Source: Candidatus Saccharimonadota bacterium (lineage in GTDB: Bacteria; Patescibacteriota; Gracilibacteria; BD1-5; UBA6164). Taken from it: a stretch of DNA of 32,000 bases. Below, in pieces: positions 29,501 through 32,000 of the stretch. The stretch's first letter is position 1. Each line of letters opens with the position of its first letter. The notes below the pieces were generated by a model. It had not been told where the DNA came from. It made no database searches and worked only from the letters and a program-made list of their open reading frames with translations. Both the position numbers and the translations under genes were made by a program. The stretch spans positions 420,001 to 452,000 of the forward strand of contig OY782392.1 in the NCBI GenBank assembly GCA_963677765.1, read 5' to 3'.

Positions 29501-30564
29501 TTTTGTACAAGCTTAAATATAACATCCCTTGGAATTCAAGCATTATATCTCCAATTTAATCATTCAAAAGAAAGATACCTTAAATACCATTCATCACTTG
29601 TTAATTTCTTTATATAATCTGTTTTTTCTCAAGTCTTATCTTCATTATAATAATCACTAGCTTCTTTTTCTAAAGCTTCTTCATAAATTTTTTGATGTTC
29701 TTCTGGTAAATCAAACTTTGGTATCAAAATACCTCATGTTTCTATTTTTATATCTACCATAGAAGCAATTTTTTCAGTATTTTCAATTGCTTCAGGTATA
29801 AATCAAAATAATACTTCCATTTCTTCATGACTAAGAAATGAATAATCTCAATTTATCATTGTAGGCCTATCTGGGTTTTCTAATTCATGCCCCGTTCATA
29901 AAGCCATTATAACATCTTGAGTTTTTGAATCTTCCTTATTTATATAAAAACAATTATTAGTAGCCACAACTGGTATAGAATGGTTTTTATTAATATCTAT
30001 TAATTTATCTGTAATTAATTTTTGTTTTGGTATATCATCATGATACATTAATTCCAAATAATAGTTATCTAGACCAAAAATATCTTGATATTCTTTTATC
30101 CTAGATAATATTTCAGATTCATCTTTTCAAGATAAAATAAAAAAAGGTATCTCTCATGAAATAGGTCATGACAAACAAACAATTTCTAGATCTCATACCT
30201 TTTCTTTTAAATCCTTTATGTCTTGAAAAGATATTTTTGGTTTTTTTCAAGCATTTTCTAAAGATGCCTTAGTAGTAAGAGATATTATATTTTTATATCA
30301 ATTAAGAGATTTTGCTAATAAAACTAATTTATGATTTATATTTGAATCTATAGAAGATTCTACATAAATCTCTGTACCAAGTATAGGTTTAATACCTGCT
30401 CATATTGCTTCTTTGTATAATTCATGACATCAATGTACATTTGAGGTATCTGTTATAGCTATTGCTTGCATTCACATTTCAAGTGCTTTTGCGACATAAT
30501 CTTTTGGCTTTGGTAAACCTTCTAATATAGAATAATGAGAATGGTTATGCAAATGTACAAACAT
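26554..30564 (-). CDS. dnaE: DNA polymerase III alpha subunit, 1336 aa
   Basis: ATG at complement 30562-30564, TAA at 26554-26556. I translated every 60-nt line in frame with TGA=Gly and found no TAA/TAG. PHP domain [16 protein letters not shown]. Motifs seen: [74 protein letters not shown] fold [22 protein letters not shown]. Confidence 0.95.
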
Positions 30565-30603
30565 CAAAAAAAAATTATAAAATAATATATTAAATCTTAG
30601 ATT

Positions 30604-30631
30604 ATTCTATTCATTTTTTATAAAATGTCAT
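30604..30631 (-). promoter_or_regulatory. putative dnaE promoter
   Basis: Minus strand ATGACA (30626-30631), 16 nt, TAGAAT (30604-30609). Confidence 0.35.
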
Positions 30632-30635
30632 TATT

Positions 30636-30664
30636 TTGACTAAAAAAAATATATGTGATAACAT
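30636..30664 (+). promoter_or_regulatory. putative promoter of the 30696-31478 gene
   Basis: TTGACT (30636-30641), 17 nt, TAACAT (30659-30664), with a TG-n extended -10 (tga at 30656-30658). Confidence 0.4.
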
Positions 30665-30695
30665 TTTATTAATTATAAATTTAATAACAATAAAT

Positions 30696-31478
30696 ATGTC
30701 AGCTGAAAGCCTTAATCAAAACTTTGAACAAAATAAAATTGAAACTAAAGAAAAACATTATCTAGAAGAATGATTTAACGAATTAGGTCAATATGAAGTA
30801 CAAAAAGAAGATTGAACTGAAACCTTATACTCTATACTTCCAGAGTTAATAAATAGGAATTTTGAAGTAAAAGATAGAACTTTTTTGAGAAATATGATTT
30901 TATCAAATATAGAAGAAATCAACAATATTCAAAAAGGAGATATTATTGAAATAAATCAAATTGATTCTAACTCATATGAATTAAGAGTAAGTGAAGATTT
31001 TTTTGTAATAAATTTACACAATGAAAGCTTTACAAAAATGGATAATGAAAATGATGTAATAAATAATATAAATAAAGAAGAACTTGATCAATATAAATTA
31101 ACAAACGAAGAAATTGAAACTTTAATCAAAGCAATAAATATAGAAACAAATAAAGCAGAAGTTTGATTATTTGCATGACAATTAGATACATATACTATAA
31201 AAGTAGGAAAATTTATAGAATGGAATTTACCAACAAATGCGGAACCTGTAGATTTGATTGTAGCAGTTGATCCAAATAAAGTTATAGAAAAAACAAAAGA
31301 TGTAATGATGTGACAAGATATAGATTCAATAAATGTTAATGATCTAACATTTAGTTGAGATGAAAAAATGAGAGAAGAAACAGCAAAAAAAGTAATACAA
31401 GAATTTAAAGGATTTGTAACTTCACTTATAGAATGAACAGAATATAGAGTTTATAGATCAATATGAGCACTAGATTAA
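30696..31478 (+). CDS. hypothetical acidic protein, 260 aa
   Basis: ATG 30696 to TAA 31476-31478 with TGA=Gly. The track ORF 30885-31166 is in the same frame. No family recognised. Confidence 0.6.
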
Positions 31479-31514
31479 AAAAAGAAGAAAACTATATGTT
31501 TTCTTCTTTTTTTT
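31477..31514. terminator. bidirectional terminator shared by convergent genes
   Basis: aaaaaaagaagaaaac / gttttcttcttttttt, a 16-bp stem with loop tatat. The lysS stop codon (31492-31494) straddles the left-arm/loop boundary of this hairpin. Confidence 0.65.
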
Positions 31515-32000
31515 CTTCAGTATTTAAACTTTTCATAAGTGGAAATAATGTAACATCTCTAAGATTTTCTTGTCATGTTAATAAAGAAAATACTCTTTCA
31601 ATTCACATACCCCATCCAGATTGACATGGCATACCATATTCCATAGCTAAAACGAAATCATCATCTCAACTAGTAGCTTCTTCATCTCATCTTTCAATTG
31701 CTCATGATTGTTCATCAAAGTTTTGAGCCTGAATTCTAGGATCAACTAATTCAGAATAAGCTTTTATAATTTCCCAACCATTCACAACTACTTGAAATTG
31801 CTCAACTATTTCAGGATTAGAATCACTTTGTCTTGCTAATGGCTGCATTGTTTTTGGATAATTATATACAAATGCAGGTCATACAATACTTGGTCTTAAA
31901 ACCTTTTTGTATAAATAATCTATAAGAGTTGGAACTCACATTTTATCCATACCTTCAAAAACTACTCATGCATCTTTGATATCTCAAATCAATTTTTTTT
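31492..32000 (-). CDS. lysS: lysyl-tRNA synthetase (class II), C-terminal part (5' end outside the window)
   Basis: In-frame translation ...PAFVYNYPKTMQPLARQ...VEQFQVVVNGWEIIKAYSELVDP...[45 protein letters not shown], covering class II motifs 2/3 of LysRS. TAG at 31492-31494. Confidence 0.9.

Overview
This is a very AT-rich bacterial chromosome segment with GC-richer rRNA and tRNA islands. The organism decodes UGA as glycine (translation table 25, Gracilibacteria/Absconditabacteria-type Patescibacteria). The supplied standard-code ORF track therefore breaks almost every gene into pieces. Re-reading by hand with TGA=Gly and only TAA/TAG as stops gives 19 CDS. They are: a C-terminal gene fragment, two unassigned soluble proteins, two unassigned membrane proteins, a DUF360/holin-family membrane protein, secG, a membrane-anchored family-5 solute-binding protein, a TIM-barrel sugar-phosphate isomerase/epimerase-like protein, gyrB, an NMN-adenylyltransferase-like nucleotidyltransferase, prfA, obg, rpsF-ssb-rpsR, typA/bipA, dnaE and the 3' part of lysS. 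The centre of the window (6045-17024) holds two apparently identical, complete, minus-strand rRNA operons in tandem (16S-23S-5S-tRNA-Arg(UCU)-tRNA-Val(UAC), 5344 bp each). A unique 292-bp spacer carrying extra promoters separates them. A four-tRNA cluster lies upstream, and a ninth tRNA (CAT) lies at 23268-23344. Promoters with a TTGACA-like -35 box, a 16-nt spacer and a TAnAAT-like -10 box, and AT-rich intrinsic terminator hairpins, can be read for most transcription units. I found no defence island, mobile element, CRISPR array or clearly novel multi-gene system. The items worth a second look are: the recoding itself, the tandem rRNA operons (unusual for this kind of organism, or an assembly issue), an 82-bp duplication of a tRNA 3' end plus terminator flanking a 123-bp GC-richer insert, a tRNA-Val 3'-end-like structured element inside each operon, a variant anti-Shine-Dalgarno tail, and an orphan solute-binding protein with a large insertion.
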